Assembly (NCBI GenBank): GCA_963698075.1
Contig: OY969116.1
Coordinates: forward strand, 734,131-798,130
Length of the DNA: 64,000 nt
Direction of reading: 5' to 3'
DNA from: an uncultured Candidatus Berkelbacteria bacterium
GTDB taxonomy: Bacteria; Patescibacteriota; UBA1384; UBA12157; JAENIV01
Shown here: positions 28,458 through 37,652 of the stretch, in pieces
Layout: each line of letters opens with the position of its first letter
Position numbering within the stretch: position 1 is the stretch's first letter
Made by a program: the position numbers and the translations under genes
The notes under the pieces: generated by a model
The model's input: the letters and a program-made list of their open reading frames with translations, nothing else
The model's database searches: none
What the model was told of the DNA's origin: nothing

Positions 28458-29192
28458 TTATTTCCGGGCACAGACAACGTCATAGTTCGGCTCGTGGGCC
28501 AATTTAGGTTGCCAGATTCCGGTCGGCTGAAGACTTCGCAAGATCTCTACGAGCTCGTCTGCCGTCAGTAGGTAACAGATGGAATCACCGCAGAATTCCT
28601 GACCGTGGACCATCCCGGAACCTGAAATATAGCGCGCCCTTTTTTGCCAGTCGTGCTCGATGCGGCCGACAAGTTCAATGTCGGGCAAGCTTATTGTGAC
28701 CGCTCGGCTACCCAGAGCAATTTCTCCCTGAGAGACCGTGTCGAGATAAAGTATTCCGCCTGGCTTGAGCTGGCGATACATTATTCTGATGCTTTTTTCG
28801 ATCAGGATACTTATGGTGTCAGAGTCAAAATCGTGCTTTTCTTTGTCCCAACTATTCACGTAGGTGAGACTATTACCTCGGCAGATGACGGCATCAAAGG
28901 TCTCGCCCAGTCGGCCCAAATTCAGCCAGTTCATCAGAATGTAGGTTAGGTTAGTATGGGCATGTTCTTGTTCAGCCATTGCGATCATCTCTGGCTCGGC
29001 ATCGATTCCAATGCCACAAAACCCCCGTCTGGCTAAGCCTTCCAGAAAGTAGCCATTGCCGCAGCCGCACTCGAGAATCCTCTGCGCCCCATTCTGGCGG
29101 AGAAAAGCAGCTAATTCAGCGATGAAATCCTCGCCGTACATTGCCTCCGAAAGCGCTGACCACTCCTGGGAAAGGGTCATTGATGGTCTCAT
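28458..29192 (-). CDS. class I SAM-dependent methyltransferase
   Basis: RILECGCGNGYFLEGLARRGF SAM-binding motif; GC ~52%. Confidence 0.75.
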   Translation of the reverse strand: MRPSMTLSQEWSALSEAMYGEDFIAELAAFLRQNGAQRILECGCGNGYFLEGLARRGFCGIGIDAEPEMIAMAEQEHAHTNLTYILMNWLNLGRLGETFDAVICRGNSLTYVNSWDKEKHDFDSDTISILIEKSIRIMYRQLKPGGILYLDTVSQGEIALGSRAVTISLPDIELVGRIEHDWQKRARYISGSGMVHGQEFCGDSICYLLTADELVEILRSLQPTGIWQPKLAHEPNYDVVCARK

Positions 29193-29193
29193 C

Positions 29194-29844
29194 TTATATC
29201 TCCTTATATCCGATTATTCTTATGCCGCCAGCCGGCTTGTCCTCTGGCAAGAAGCCGGGGATGATCCAGAGGAATTTTCCGCCACCGGCTACCCGGATGT
29301 AAAAAGCCAAGGTTGGATCAGTCAACAGTATTTCATCCGTCGGGAATGGGCCACCGGCCAAATAACTGTCAAGCGCGGCTTTCAGTTCCGGATTTTGTCT
29401 GATCTGTTCTTCTTTCGCCACGCTGCCATTGTAGGAGGATGGTCGGCCGTCAACGACAACGTAAGTGCAGCCGTCCTTCTTTGCTCTTTCAAACATCGCT
29501 CTAATCAGCAAAGAAGCGGCTTTGCCTCCCCGGTAGTTGGGGATGACATCAAGGTTATAGACAAAAACAGTGTTATATCTTTCTGGCCGAGGCTGATGAG
29601 AGAATTCTTGGAAAGTTTTGGGAAAGCCTTCGAAATCATTGGGGGAGAAGTTGGCATAGGAAAAGCAAATCTTCCCGATCAGTTTTCCGGCCATTTCAGC
29701 CCCAAGCATGATATGCCCCAGATGCAACCTTAGCCGGACGGACTCCTCACTAGCCTGGATAGCGGGGATAAAGGACAGTCTCTCGGTATGCATGATTCTT
29801 TCGATGTCCTTAAGACCGAGGGTGACGATTGTAAAGGTGTTCAC
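29194..29844 (-). CDS. GNAT-family acetyltransferase-like protein
   Basis: VIPNYRGGKAASLLIRAMFERAKKDGCTYV resembles GNAT motif A; start/stop overlap with downstream methyltransferase. Confidence 0.5.
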   Translation of the reverse strand: MNTFTIVTLGLKDIERIMHTERLSFIPAIQASEESVRLRLHLGHIMLGAEMAGKLIGKICFSYANFSPNDFEGFPKTFQEFSHQPRPERYNTVFVYNLDVIPNYRGGKAASLLIRAMFERAKKDGCTYVVVDGRPSSYNGSVAKEEQIRQNPELKAALDSYLAGGPFPTDEILLTDPTLAFYIRVAGGGKFLWIIPGFLPEDKPAGGIRIIGYKEI

Positions 29845-29991
29845 TCTGATCCTCCTTGCCAGAGCGTAATTAACAGATTATCGGTGGATATCTATAAATA
29901 GTCAATCAATTTAACAAATATAATAGTATTTACAAAAGAATAGTAATCTGATATATTTGACTATGTTGTTAAAAGTTTTAACAAAACAATT

Positions 29992-30756
29992 ATGAATCTT
30001 GAAGAAGTTTTAGAAGAATATGGGCTTACCGAAAGACAAGCCAAGGTCTACTTGGCTGCTTTGGAATTGGGCGAATCCGACGTTTCGGATCTTGCCCAGA
30101 AAGCCCAAATCAGAAGAGCAGGCGCTTATTATTTAAGCGAATCATTGGTTAAAGACGGTTTGTTTTATAAAACTAAAAAAGCCAATAAACTCTATTATTC
30201 CGCCGTTGAACCAAAAAATCTATTAGAGCAAGCCAAACGCAAAAAACAAATTATTGAAGAAAATTTCTCAGAACTTCAAGCTTTAGCAAGGTTGTCAATC
30301 AAAAAACCCAACATCCATATTTATGAAGGAATTGAGGGCATAAAAACTGCCTATAAAAGAACTTTAACTAAGAAAAATGCCAAAATGTATGCCTTTTCGC
30401 CTTATGCGACCGCCCAAAAAACCGCCCAATTTCACGGTCGGGAATATCTCAAATGGGGTTTAGAATATATTAAACAAAGAGCCAAAAAAAACATTTTTGT
30501 TTATGACATTGCCGAAGACTCCTCAGAGGCGCGGGAAAGAAAAAAACGTGATCAAGAAGAGTTGCGAGAAACCCGTTTAGTGCCTAAGGAAAAGTTTCCT
30601 TTTACGAACGAAATTGATATTTTCCAAAATTTGGTCATTATAATCTCGTATAAAGAGTTATTGGCAATAATAATCGAATCTCAAGATATCGCTTTTACTT
30701 TAAAGACCATTTTCAACCTCGCCTGGGAGGCGGCAGCTAATTATAGTAAAAAGTAA
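29992..30756 (+). CDS. TrmB-family transcriptional regulator, paralog 4
   Basis: LEEYGLTERQAKVYLAALELGESDVSDLAQKAQIRRAGAYYLSESLVKDGL; C-terminus near-identical in pattern to paralog 1. Confidence 0.8.
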   Translation: MNLEEVLEEYGLTERQAKVYLAALELGESDVSDLAQKAQIRRAGAYYLSESLVKDGLFYKTKKANKLYYSAVEPKNLLEQAKRKKQIIEENFSELQALARLSIKKPNIHIYEGIEGIKTAYKRTLTKKNAKMYAFSPYATAQKTAQFHGREYLKWGLEYIKQRAKKNIFVYDIAEDSSEARERKKRDQEELRETRLVPKEKFPFTNEIDIFQNLVIIISYKELLAIIIESQDIAFTLKTIFNLAWEAAANYSKK

Positions 30757-30817
30757 AAAGTACAGAGTTATTAGTTATCAGTATAGATAATATAGTATAA
30801 TTCAAATTGAGGTAAAA

Positions 30818-31840
30818 ATGGGTGAATTTAGGCCTTATCCGGTGCCGGAATATACTCATGAGCAAGTTTTTGGCCCAGAAAGAATGACTGATGGCGAAAG
30901 CATCAGCCAAGAGAGAGTCGAGGAATTAGCTTCTTTAATTGAATCAGACGCTCAAAATTTTCAAAGATTCCAAATAAGTGAGGCCCAACGTGGGCTAAAA
31001 ACCTGGGATGAAGTTTTTAGCCAAATGGGGGAGATCCACAAAGCCGAGGCCGAAGATTTTGCCGAAAGCCCTTTGGAAGGGAAAATGATGTCGGTTTATT
31101 GGGGAATGGGCGAGATTTTAAGCCAAACCAGAGAAAGAAATAGTTTGTCGCGGGCGCTTGAGGCGATTGAAGCCCGCCCTAATCCTGATAAACGACATCG
31201 CGCCGAAATAAAAAAACGATTTGACGAACTTAATATCCCCTTAGCCGATTGGCAAAATGACATCGCTCGAGTCACTTTGGCCTTGGCGAAGATGGAGGCC
31301 GGCCGTAAATTTTTAAAGTTTTTTTGGGACTCATTCCATAAACTTTCTCGCCTCACTTTTGAGGAGAGCGAAGACCAGTCGGGAAGCATCAGAAGTGGCG
31401 TCTTAGGAGTTATAACGACGATCAAAATTATGAACGCTTTGAGTTTTGAAACTGCCCTGCCTTATCCAGAGCAAGATGCCATTCATAAGATTGATCTTTT
31501 TGCTCGGCGCGGTGAACAAACCCTGGCGATTCAAGTTAAATCCCATAACGCCCCGGTTTTAAGAGTTCGTTGTTTTCCTTTGAGAAGTCTAGAAAGAACA
31601 GATGGTTTGGAGGGTCGCGAAAAGAAAGAAGCGGAAAATCGCAATCAACTCTTGACAAATAGCCGAAAATATGCAGATAATTGGGGAAAGCCGGTGGTGC
31701 CGCTCTGGGTTGATCTAGACCGCTACGGCGGTCTGAACCTTTACCAAGACGAGTTGACTGGTGAGCCCGCCCGCGACTTTACGCTGGGGAAACTTGCCCA
31801 AGAGGTGGAGGCCAGTCTCAAAGGAGGCACCGATGTCTGA
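30818..31840 (+). CDS. hypothetical protein (340 aa, high GC)
   Basis: long ORF with coding-like composition, no recognisable motif. Confidence 0.5.
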   Translation: MGEFRPYPVPEYTHEQVFGPERMTDGESISQERVEELASLIESDAQNFQRFQISEAQRGLKTWDEVFSQMGEIHKAEAEDFAESPLEGKMMSVYWGMGEILSQTRERNSLSRALEAIEARPNPDKRHRAEIKKRFDELNIPLADWQNDIARVTLALAKMEAGRKFLKFFWDSFHKLSRLTFEESEDQSGSIRSGVLGVITTIKIMNALSFETALPYPEQDAIHKIDLFARRGEQTLAIQVKSHNAPVLRVRCFPLRSLERTDGLEGREKKEAENRNQLLTNSRKYADNWGKPVVPLWVDLDRYGGLNLYQDELTGEPARDFTLGKLAQEVEASLKGGTDV

Positions 31841-32036
31841 TAGGTCTTCTCAAGATCCCTTCCGAGATAAAGCTTATCAAACCCGCACTTGGGAAGGGAT
31901 GGTTAAGCAAGATCCTGCTGATTCATCAGGTTGCGCCCGATGTGCCCGTCTCATCAAGAGAAAAGGGGTTCAACATCCCCACGTCCAGCACCATCTTCAG
32001 CGCTGCGAGCGCTGTCGAGCCCGCTACGCCCATTGA
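31836..32036 (+). CDS. small zinc-ribbon protein (CxxC...CxxC)
   Basis: ATG overlaps upstream stop (ATGTCTGA); C-terminal CARCARLIKRKGVQHPHVQHHLQRCERCRARYAH. Confidence 0.4.
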   Translation, partial: SDRSSQDPFRDKAYQTRTWEGMVKQDPADSSGCARCARLIKRKGVQHPHVQHHLQRCERCRARYAH

Positions 32037-32070
32037 GCGCCCGAGGCACGTTGCCCGGGCGCTTTGCTTA
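32037..32070 (+). terminator. rho-independent terminator GCGCCCG-N12-CGGGCGC + TTTGCTT
   Basis: 7-bp GC stem and T-tail read directly. Confidence 0.5.
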
Positions 32071-32109
32071 TACTGGCCGCATTATACTGGCCGCATTATA
32101 CTGGCCGCA
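32068..32109 (+). repeat. perfect tandem repeat 3 x 14 bp (TTATACTGGCCGCA) plus degenerate 4th unit
   Basis: read directly; lies 40 bp upstream of ATG 32151. Confidence 0.75.
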
Positions 32110-32150
32110 TTGTCCCTTGAAAAATTTCCTCCTTAAGGTATACTCAAGAC

Positions 32151-33581
32151 ATGGCTAAATTAAGCTTGAAGGAAAATATTATTTGGTTAGGCATCGCTAT
32201 TTTTGCCGCTCTCTTTTTTGCCTTTGTCATTGGCAAATTCGCCAGTCTTTCCATCGCCATTATCCCCGTTTTATTGGCCGGTCTTTTTTTGGCTTATTAT
32301 ATAATCCGTAATCCCGAGCTTGGCTGGTTTTTAATCATCTTTTTCTTGCCTTTCGAACGAGTGCCAACGGTTAATTTCGGCGGGATTGATGTCAAAATTA
32401 ATACCGCTTTGGGCTTTATCACTCTTTTAGCTTGGATCCTCGCCTTGGCGTTTTCCCCCAAGAAATACAAAGTTTCCCCCAATGCCCTCGCCATTCCTTT
32501 GTCTATTTTTGTTTTTGCCTTGGTGCTTTCTTTGTCCCACGCGGTGGCTCTTACGAGAGCCCTTGAGGTTTTGGCTTTTATTGGCTTTACCATTACACTT
32601 TCAATTTTGGCAGTCAATATGGTCAATTCTAAAGAAATTCTCAACAAAACGATTATTGTCCTCTTTGCCTCCAGTTTGCTCGTGGGCATTTTTGGACTTT
32701 TTCAATTTGGCGGGGATGTGGTGGGGCTGCCGCAATCAATGACCTTCCTTAAAGAAGGTTACACCAAAGCTGTTTTTGGTTTTCCCCGCATCCAGGCTTT
32801 TTCAATGGAGCCGTTATATTTGGCTAATTATCTTTTAATCCCCTTATTTATCGGCTTGGCCTTTTTCTTTAATCGTACCGGGCCTTTAAAACGCTGGCCG
32901 TTGGTTGGTCTTTTGGCTTTGCTTTTAATGATTTTTGTTTTAACCGTTTCTCGGGGCGGCTACCTTGGTTTTGTCGGGGCATTTCTGGTTTTGGCGATTT
33001 TTCTTTTCCGGAAAGTTTTTACTTGGCGAAACATCGTTTTTGCCGTCTTGATTATTGGCGTGGTCGGCTATGGCGTTGCTTTTGCCTTATCCAAGGGAGA
33101 TTACAAAGCGACCAATGAATTTATCGGTCATGTTTTACTTTCGGATATTAATCGTGGGGAATCGATTCAAGGAAGACTTCAAACCTATGAGCGTTCTTTG
33201 CAGGCCTTTCACGAAAGCCCTATCTTGGGCATTGGCATTGGTAACTACGGTCCCTGGAATAAATTTTACCCGCCAATGACGCCGCCGAAGGGCTGGGACA
33301 TTGTTAACAATCAATATCTCGAACTTTTGGCGGAAACGGGAATCATTGGTTTAAGTGCTTTTGGACTAATAATTTTCGTTCTTCTTTTAAGGACACTGGT
33401 TGCCCTAAAACATGCCAAGGACACCTATCTGAGATCGGTTTTAATTGGTTTGGCCGCGGCCTTTGTGGGGATTTTAATCCAGTATAATTTTATGTCTACC
33501 CTCTATATTATTCATATTTGGGTGATGATCGGGTTATTAATTGCGGTACAGAATATCATTTTAAAAACAAAAAATGTCTAA
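32151..33581 (+). CDS. O-antigen ligase/polymerase-like (Wzy_C domain) membrane protein
   Basis: ~12 TM; periplasmic loop motif DIVNNQYLELLAETGIIGL resembles WaaL/Wzy HNxxLExxxExGxxG. Confidence 0.65.
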   Translation: MAKLSLKENIIWLGIAIFAALFFAFVIGKFASLSIAIIPVLLAGLFLAYYIIRNPELGWFLIIFFLPFERVPTVNFGGIDVKINTALGFITLLAWILALAFSPKKYKVSPNALAIPLSIFVFALVLSLSHAVALTRALEVLAFIGFTITLSILAVNMVNSKEILNKTIIVLFASSLLVGIFGLFQFGGDVVGLPQSMTFLKEGYTKAVFGFPRIQAFSMEPLYLANYLLIPLFIGLAFFFNRTGPLKRWPLVGLLALLLMIFVLTVSRGGYLGFVGAFLVLAIFLFRKVFTWRNIVFAVLIIGVVGYGVAFALSKGDYKATNEFIGHVLLSDINRGESIQGRLQTYERSLQAFHESPILGIGIGNYGPWNKFYPPMTPPKGWDIVNNQYLELLAETGIIGLSAFGLIIFVLLLRTLVALKHAKDTYLRSVLIGLAAAFVGILIQYNFMSTLYIIHIWVMIGLLIAVQNIILKTKNV

Positions 33582-34803
33582 TCTAATTGCTTTAATTTTT
33601 CTTCTGCTGCCGACCTATCTTATTCGTTTTACACCTTTTGGTATCCCAACTACCGTCTTGGAAATCTTAATATATATAGTATTGCTGGTCGGTCTCTGGC
33701 GGGCGTATCGAAGTGGCTTCAAAAAGATACCCCTGAAGATATGGTTGCCAATCGGATTATTGATTATCGCTCTTGTTATTTCGACCATTGTTTCCCCAGA
33801 TAAACGCACCGCCATGGGCGAATTTAAGGGCTTTTTTATTGATCCAATGCTGGTGGGCTGGCTGATTTTCCAATTTATTAAAAAAGAAAATTTAACTAAA
33901 ATTTTTTGGGCGCTAATTTTAGCGGGCGCTTTTGTGGCTGGTCATACGATTGTCAAAAGATTTCTCGGAATCATTGAGCCAGGCGGTCGAGTAGTAGGCA
34001 TCTTTGGTTATTCGCCAAATTACACCTCGTTGTTTTTAGCGCCGATAGTGGTGCTGTTGGCATGCTTATTGCTTAGCATGCGCTGTGACTACAGACTATT
34101 GTTGATAAGAAATAAATATTTGCGGTGGTCAGTAGTCTGTGGTCTGTTAGCGATTTTGTTACTCGCTATCTTTTTTTCTGGGTCGCGTGGCGGCTTTTTG
34201 GCCATTATCGCTGGTTTAGGAATTTTTGCAGTAGCTAATTATTGGGGATGGATTAAAGAGCGAATTTCTGCCAAAATTATCATTGCGATTTTAATTATTG
34301 CCGGCATTTACACGGCTTGGACGGTTTTTCGACCTAACTTTTCTGCCTCGCCTGAGGCCGGCCGAGTCGCCTCATCAAATAATGTTCGTTGGCAAATTTG
34401 GCAGGAATCAATAAAATTAGGGTTTAAACACCCTATTTTGGGCGTAGGTTTAGGCAACTTTCAGCCGGCTTTTGGGAAATTTACCCAAAATATTGCCAAT
34501 TTTCCTGAATTTATCACTCCCTTGGCCCTAACGCCGCACAATAATTTTTTTATGTTTTGGCTTTCCACTGGCCTCTTGGGTTTAGCCGCCTTTATCTGGT
34601 TAATCGTGGCCTTTTATTTTCAGGCGCTCAAAAATTCAGCAAAAGTTTATGCGCCGATTATTTTAGCTTGTATGAGTGCGATTCTTCTTTATGGTTTGAT
34701 CGAAACCTCAATCTGGAAGAATGACTTAAGCATTATTTTTTGGGGATTCTGGGCGATGATTTGGATAGATAATGCAAAATTCAAAAATCAAAATGCAAAA
34801 TGA
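33574..34803 (+). CDS. O-antigen ligase/polymerase-like (Wzy_C domain) membrane protein, second copy
   Basis: LTPHNNFFMFWLSTGLLGLAAF motif; polytopic. Confidence 0.65.
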   Translation: MSNLIALIFLLLPTYLIRFTPFGIPTTVLEILIYIVLLVGLWRAYRSGFKKIPLKIWLPIGLLIIALVISTIVSPDKRTAMGEFKGFFIDPMLVGWLIFQFIKKENLTKIFWALILAGAFVAGHTIVKRFLGIIEPGGRVVGIFGYSPNYTSLFLAPIVVLLACLLLSMRCDYRLLLIRNKYLRWSVVCGLLAILLLAIFFSGSRGGFLAIIAGLGIFAVANYWGWIKERISAKIIIAILIIAGIYTAWTVFRPNFSASPEAGRVASSNNVRWQIWQESIKLGFKHPILGVGLGNFQPAFGKFTQNIANFPEFITPLALTPHNNFFMFWLSTGLLGLAAFIWLIVAFYFQALKNSAKVYAPIILACMSAILLYGLIETSIWKNDLSIIFWGFWAMIWIDNAKFKNQNAK

Positions 34804-34948
34804 CAATTAAAAATGTAAAATGAGCGAGCCATGTATCCTCAAAAGCAAATCGCGCAGCCGAGCGGGCAGGTGTCCCGCCTGTGGCGGGACGAGCGAGGCG
34901 AGCGTTTAGACCTGATTTTCTCGCTGGGAAAATCAAGGTCGGTGTCTT

Positions 34949-36544
34949 TTGACGGGTACTGGCGAGCGAGGTGTTTTGAAAAAATATTGGATTCAAATAA
35001 GTCTGATTATTATCATCATCATCGCTTCTTTTCTATTGATGATTTTTTCAGCGCGAACGGATTCTCTCACAGTCGATGAAAAAGTCCATATTACCGCCGG
35101 CTATTTGCATACCTGGTATGGGAATTACACCTTCAATAGCGAACATCCGCCCCTTTTAAATGATTTAGCCGGTTTTTTTGCCAAATTAAGCCGGCCCAAT
35201 CTTCCAGCTGCTTCTTTATCTGATTTCGAGGGTGGCGATCAGTGGCAATATGGAGATTTGTTTTTCTATCATTCAGATAATAATGTTGAAAAACTGGTCT
35301 TTTCATCCAGACTACCATTTATTTTATTGACCCTTGGGCTGATTTATTTGGTTTTTATCTGGGCTAAAGAAGTTTTTGGGCCAAAAGCCGGGCTTATGGC
35401 GGCGGCGCTAGTAGGTTTTTGTCCCAATATTTTAGCCCACGGTCGATTGGCAACGACCGATGCAGTGGCTTTCTTTTTTGTGTTGGCAGTTTGGTTGCTT
35501 CGAAAATACATTTTAAAATCGAGCTGGTCTAATGCTTTACTTTTGGGGACAGCAATCGCTTTGGCAATCCTTGCCAAATTTTCCGGAGTTTTGATTTTGC
35601 CGGTCATTGGTTGTGGGTTGCTTTATTTTTGGATTGCCAAGAGGCCGAAATTTTTGACTGCTTTCGGACAATTACTTGTCATCTTGGGAACCGCCCTTGT
35701 TTTATCTTGGTTGGTCTATCTTTTCTCGATGAGAGGGGAACTTACTTCGCCAATATTTATGGCGCCGATTAATAAATTTATTCAAGGCTACAATATCCTC
35801 GCTGACCACAACCAGGTTGGCCACTGGAACTATTTAAATGGTCAAATTAAATTCACTGGTTGGTGGTATTATTTCTTGCTGGTTTTATGGTATAAACTGA
35901 CCATACCATCACTTCTTCTCATTGGGCTTTCAATCATTTTTTATATCTACTCGAAGCATTCAAAAATCAATAGCTTTTTGGATGAATTTTTGATTGCCTT
36001 TCCGTTGTTATTGTTTTTGGGCTTTTCTTTCACCTCCCATATTGATATTGGCATTCGTCATATTTTGCCAGTCTTGCCATTTTTGTTTCTTTTCGCCTCA
36101 AGGCTGGGAGAAACTACCAATTTCATTCTCAAACCGATCGTTGCCGGTTTGGTGATCCTCCATGTGGCTTTTGGCATTTTGGCTTACCCGAATTTTATTG
36201 CTTATTTTAACCAAATTGCCGGAGGACCGAAGGGTGGGATTAATCATTTAATTGACTCCAATTTGGATTGGAATCAAAATATGAAAAGATTCGCTGCTTA
36301 TGCTAAAGATAAAAATATTAAAGAAGTTTACACTTATTGCTGGGATTTAGAATCTTTCGAATATTATGGAATCAAAGCTAATTTTTTACCAACTACGCCG
36401 GTAAACGGGGTGGTCGTCGTCTGCGCCCACCAACTGAAGATTAAATATGATTATGACTTTAGCTGGGTGACGAAATATCCTTTTGACGACGTTGTTGCCC
36501 AGGGGATGTATATTTGGCGTTTTGACCAAAAACCAGTACAATGA
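34949..36544 (+). CDS. GT-C glycosyltransferase, family 39/83-like (PMT/ArnT-type)
   Basis: first TM followed by loop TDSLTVDEKVHITAGY (DE..H motif), ~11 TM, 531 aa; start uncertain (GC-rich 5' region). Confidence 0.6.
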   Translation: MTGTGERGVLKKYWIQISLIIIIIIASFLLMIFSARTDSLTVDEKVHITAGYLHTWYGNYTFNSEHPPLLNDLAGFFAKLSRPNLPAASLSDFEGGDQWQYGDLFFYHSDNNVEKLVFSSRLPFILLTLGLIYLVFIWAKEVFGPKAGLMAAALVGFCPNILAHGRLATTDAVAFFFVLAVWLLRKYILKSSWSNALLLGTAIALAILAKFSGVLILPVIGCGLLYFWIAKRPKFLTAFGQLLVILGTALVLSWLVYLFSMRGELTSPIFMAPINKFIQGYNILADHNQVGHWNYLNGQIKFTGWWYYFLLVLWYKLTIPSLLLIGLSIIFYIYSKHSKINSFLDEFLIAFPLLLFLGFSFTSHIDIGIRHILPVLPFLFLFASRLGETTNFILKPIVAGLVILHVAFGILAYPNFIAYFNQIAGGPKGGINHLIDSNLDWNQNMKRFAAYAKDKNIKEVYTYCWDLESFEYYGIKANFLPTTPVNGVVVVCAHQLKIKYDYDFSWVTKYPFDDVVAQGMYIWRFDQKPVQ

Positions 36545-36578
36545 TATTATCCAGATTAAAACATAAGGAGGATCGAAA

Positions 36579-37640
36579 ATGAAGAATTTTCTCATTATTT
36601 TATTCGCTTTAATTATCGGGGGCGGCGGTGGTTATTTTGCCTGGAAATATCTCACCGGTCAGGAAGGCGGTCAGTCAAAGACTCAAGCCGTCACCGCCGC
36701 AAATTATAAGGAGCCGTTTATGTGGGGAATCACCATGCGGCCAACCTCGCTGGGTCGATATATTGATGAACTTTGGCTTAAACAAATTAAATTGCAGGTC
36801 AATTTAGGTGCCAAGTGGGTGCGTCTCGCCTACAGTTTCGATGCTCCGGACCAATTTCAATACAATGATGAGGTTGTAAATTATCTTAAAAAGTATGGTG
36901 CAGAAGTTTATTTAATAATTGAACCTTCTGATAAGTTTGATAAAATCAAAGATCCCTATAAGGATGGTTATGACAACGCTTTACGGATCGTTTCTCATTA
37001 TAAAGGGCAAATTAAATATTATCAGATTATGAATGAAGCCAGCGGCAATGCCATCAAAGATGGCACATATTCAGGTGAAAAGGATTCTGATTATGATCCT
37101 CAAAAATATGAAAGAACGCGCGATTGGATTAAAGGCGCTTTAGCGGGAACCAGAAAGGCAGACCCTTCAGCTTATACGATTATTTCTGCTCAGTGGCTCC
37201 ATTTTGGTTTTTTGGATAAACTCAAAGCCGATAAAATTGACTATGATATTATCGGCTGGGATTGGTTTTCCGACATGGGTTTAATGGGTGATAAGAAACT
37301 TTCCGATGGTACCCTTTTGATTGATAAGCTCAAAAGCTACGATAAACCCTTGATTTTGGCAGAAATAAATTTTCGACCCGAGGGCAAAAATGGTCAAAAG
37401 GGTCAACCCGAAGCCAAACAAGCGGCTTTTATTCAACAAATGGCTGATTGGTCAGTCACTGCCGGTCTCAAAGGTTTTTTTGTCTTGGAGCTTTTGGATA
37501 ATCCTAATTCCGGCAATGGCTATACTGACTATTACGGGATTGTTTCGGCCCAAAAGTCTAAGTCCGGCGTTTGGTCGATTGGTGAGCCCCGCGAAGCCTA
37601 TTCTACTTATCAAGCAATTATCAAAAAATATACTCAATAA
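36579..37640 (+). CDS. membrane-anchored glycoside-hydrolase-like TIM-barrel protein
   Basis: strong RBS AAGGAGG; YYQIMNEASG and LILAEINF resemble GH-A acid/base and nucleophile strands. Confidence 0.45.
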   Translation: MKNFLIILFALIIGGGGGYFAWKYLTGQEGGQSKTQAVTAANYKEPFMWGITMRPTSLGRYIDELWLKQIKLQVNLGAKWVRLAYSFDAPDQFQYNDEVVNYLKKYGAEVYLIIEPSDKFDKIKDPYKDGYDNALRIVSHYKGQIKYYQIMNEASGNAIKDGTYSGEKDSDYDPQKYERTRDWIKGALAGTRKADPSAYTIISAQWLHFGFLDKLKADKIDYDIIGWDWFSDMGLMGDKKLSDGTLLIDKLKSYDKPLILAEINFRPEGKNGQKGQPEAKQAAFIQQMADWSVTAGLKGFFVLELLDNPNSGNGYTDYYGIVSAQKSKSGVWSIGEPREAYSTYQAIIKKYTQ

Positions 37641-37652
37641 ATATTATCTATT

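Noticed and set aside
34780-34830. CAAAATG / AATCAAAATG short repeats (also 39700-39760)
   Set aside because: These are low-complexity A-rich sequence. The 39700 copy is coding ([17 protein letters not shown]) and the 34780 copy spans a gene's C-terminus. It is not a structured repeat.
34831-35079. 82-aa ORF across the GC-rich element
   Set aside because: It is out of frame with, and overlapping, the GT39/83-like gene start. It is probably an artefact of the GC-rich insert.
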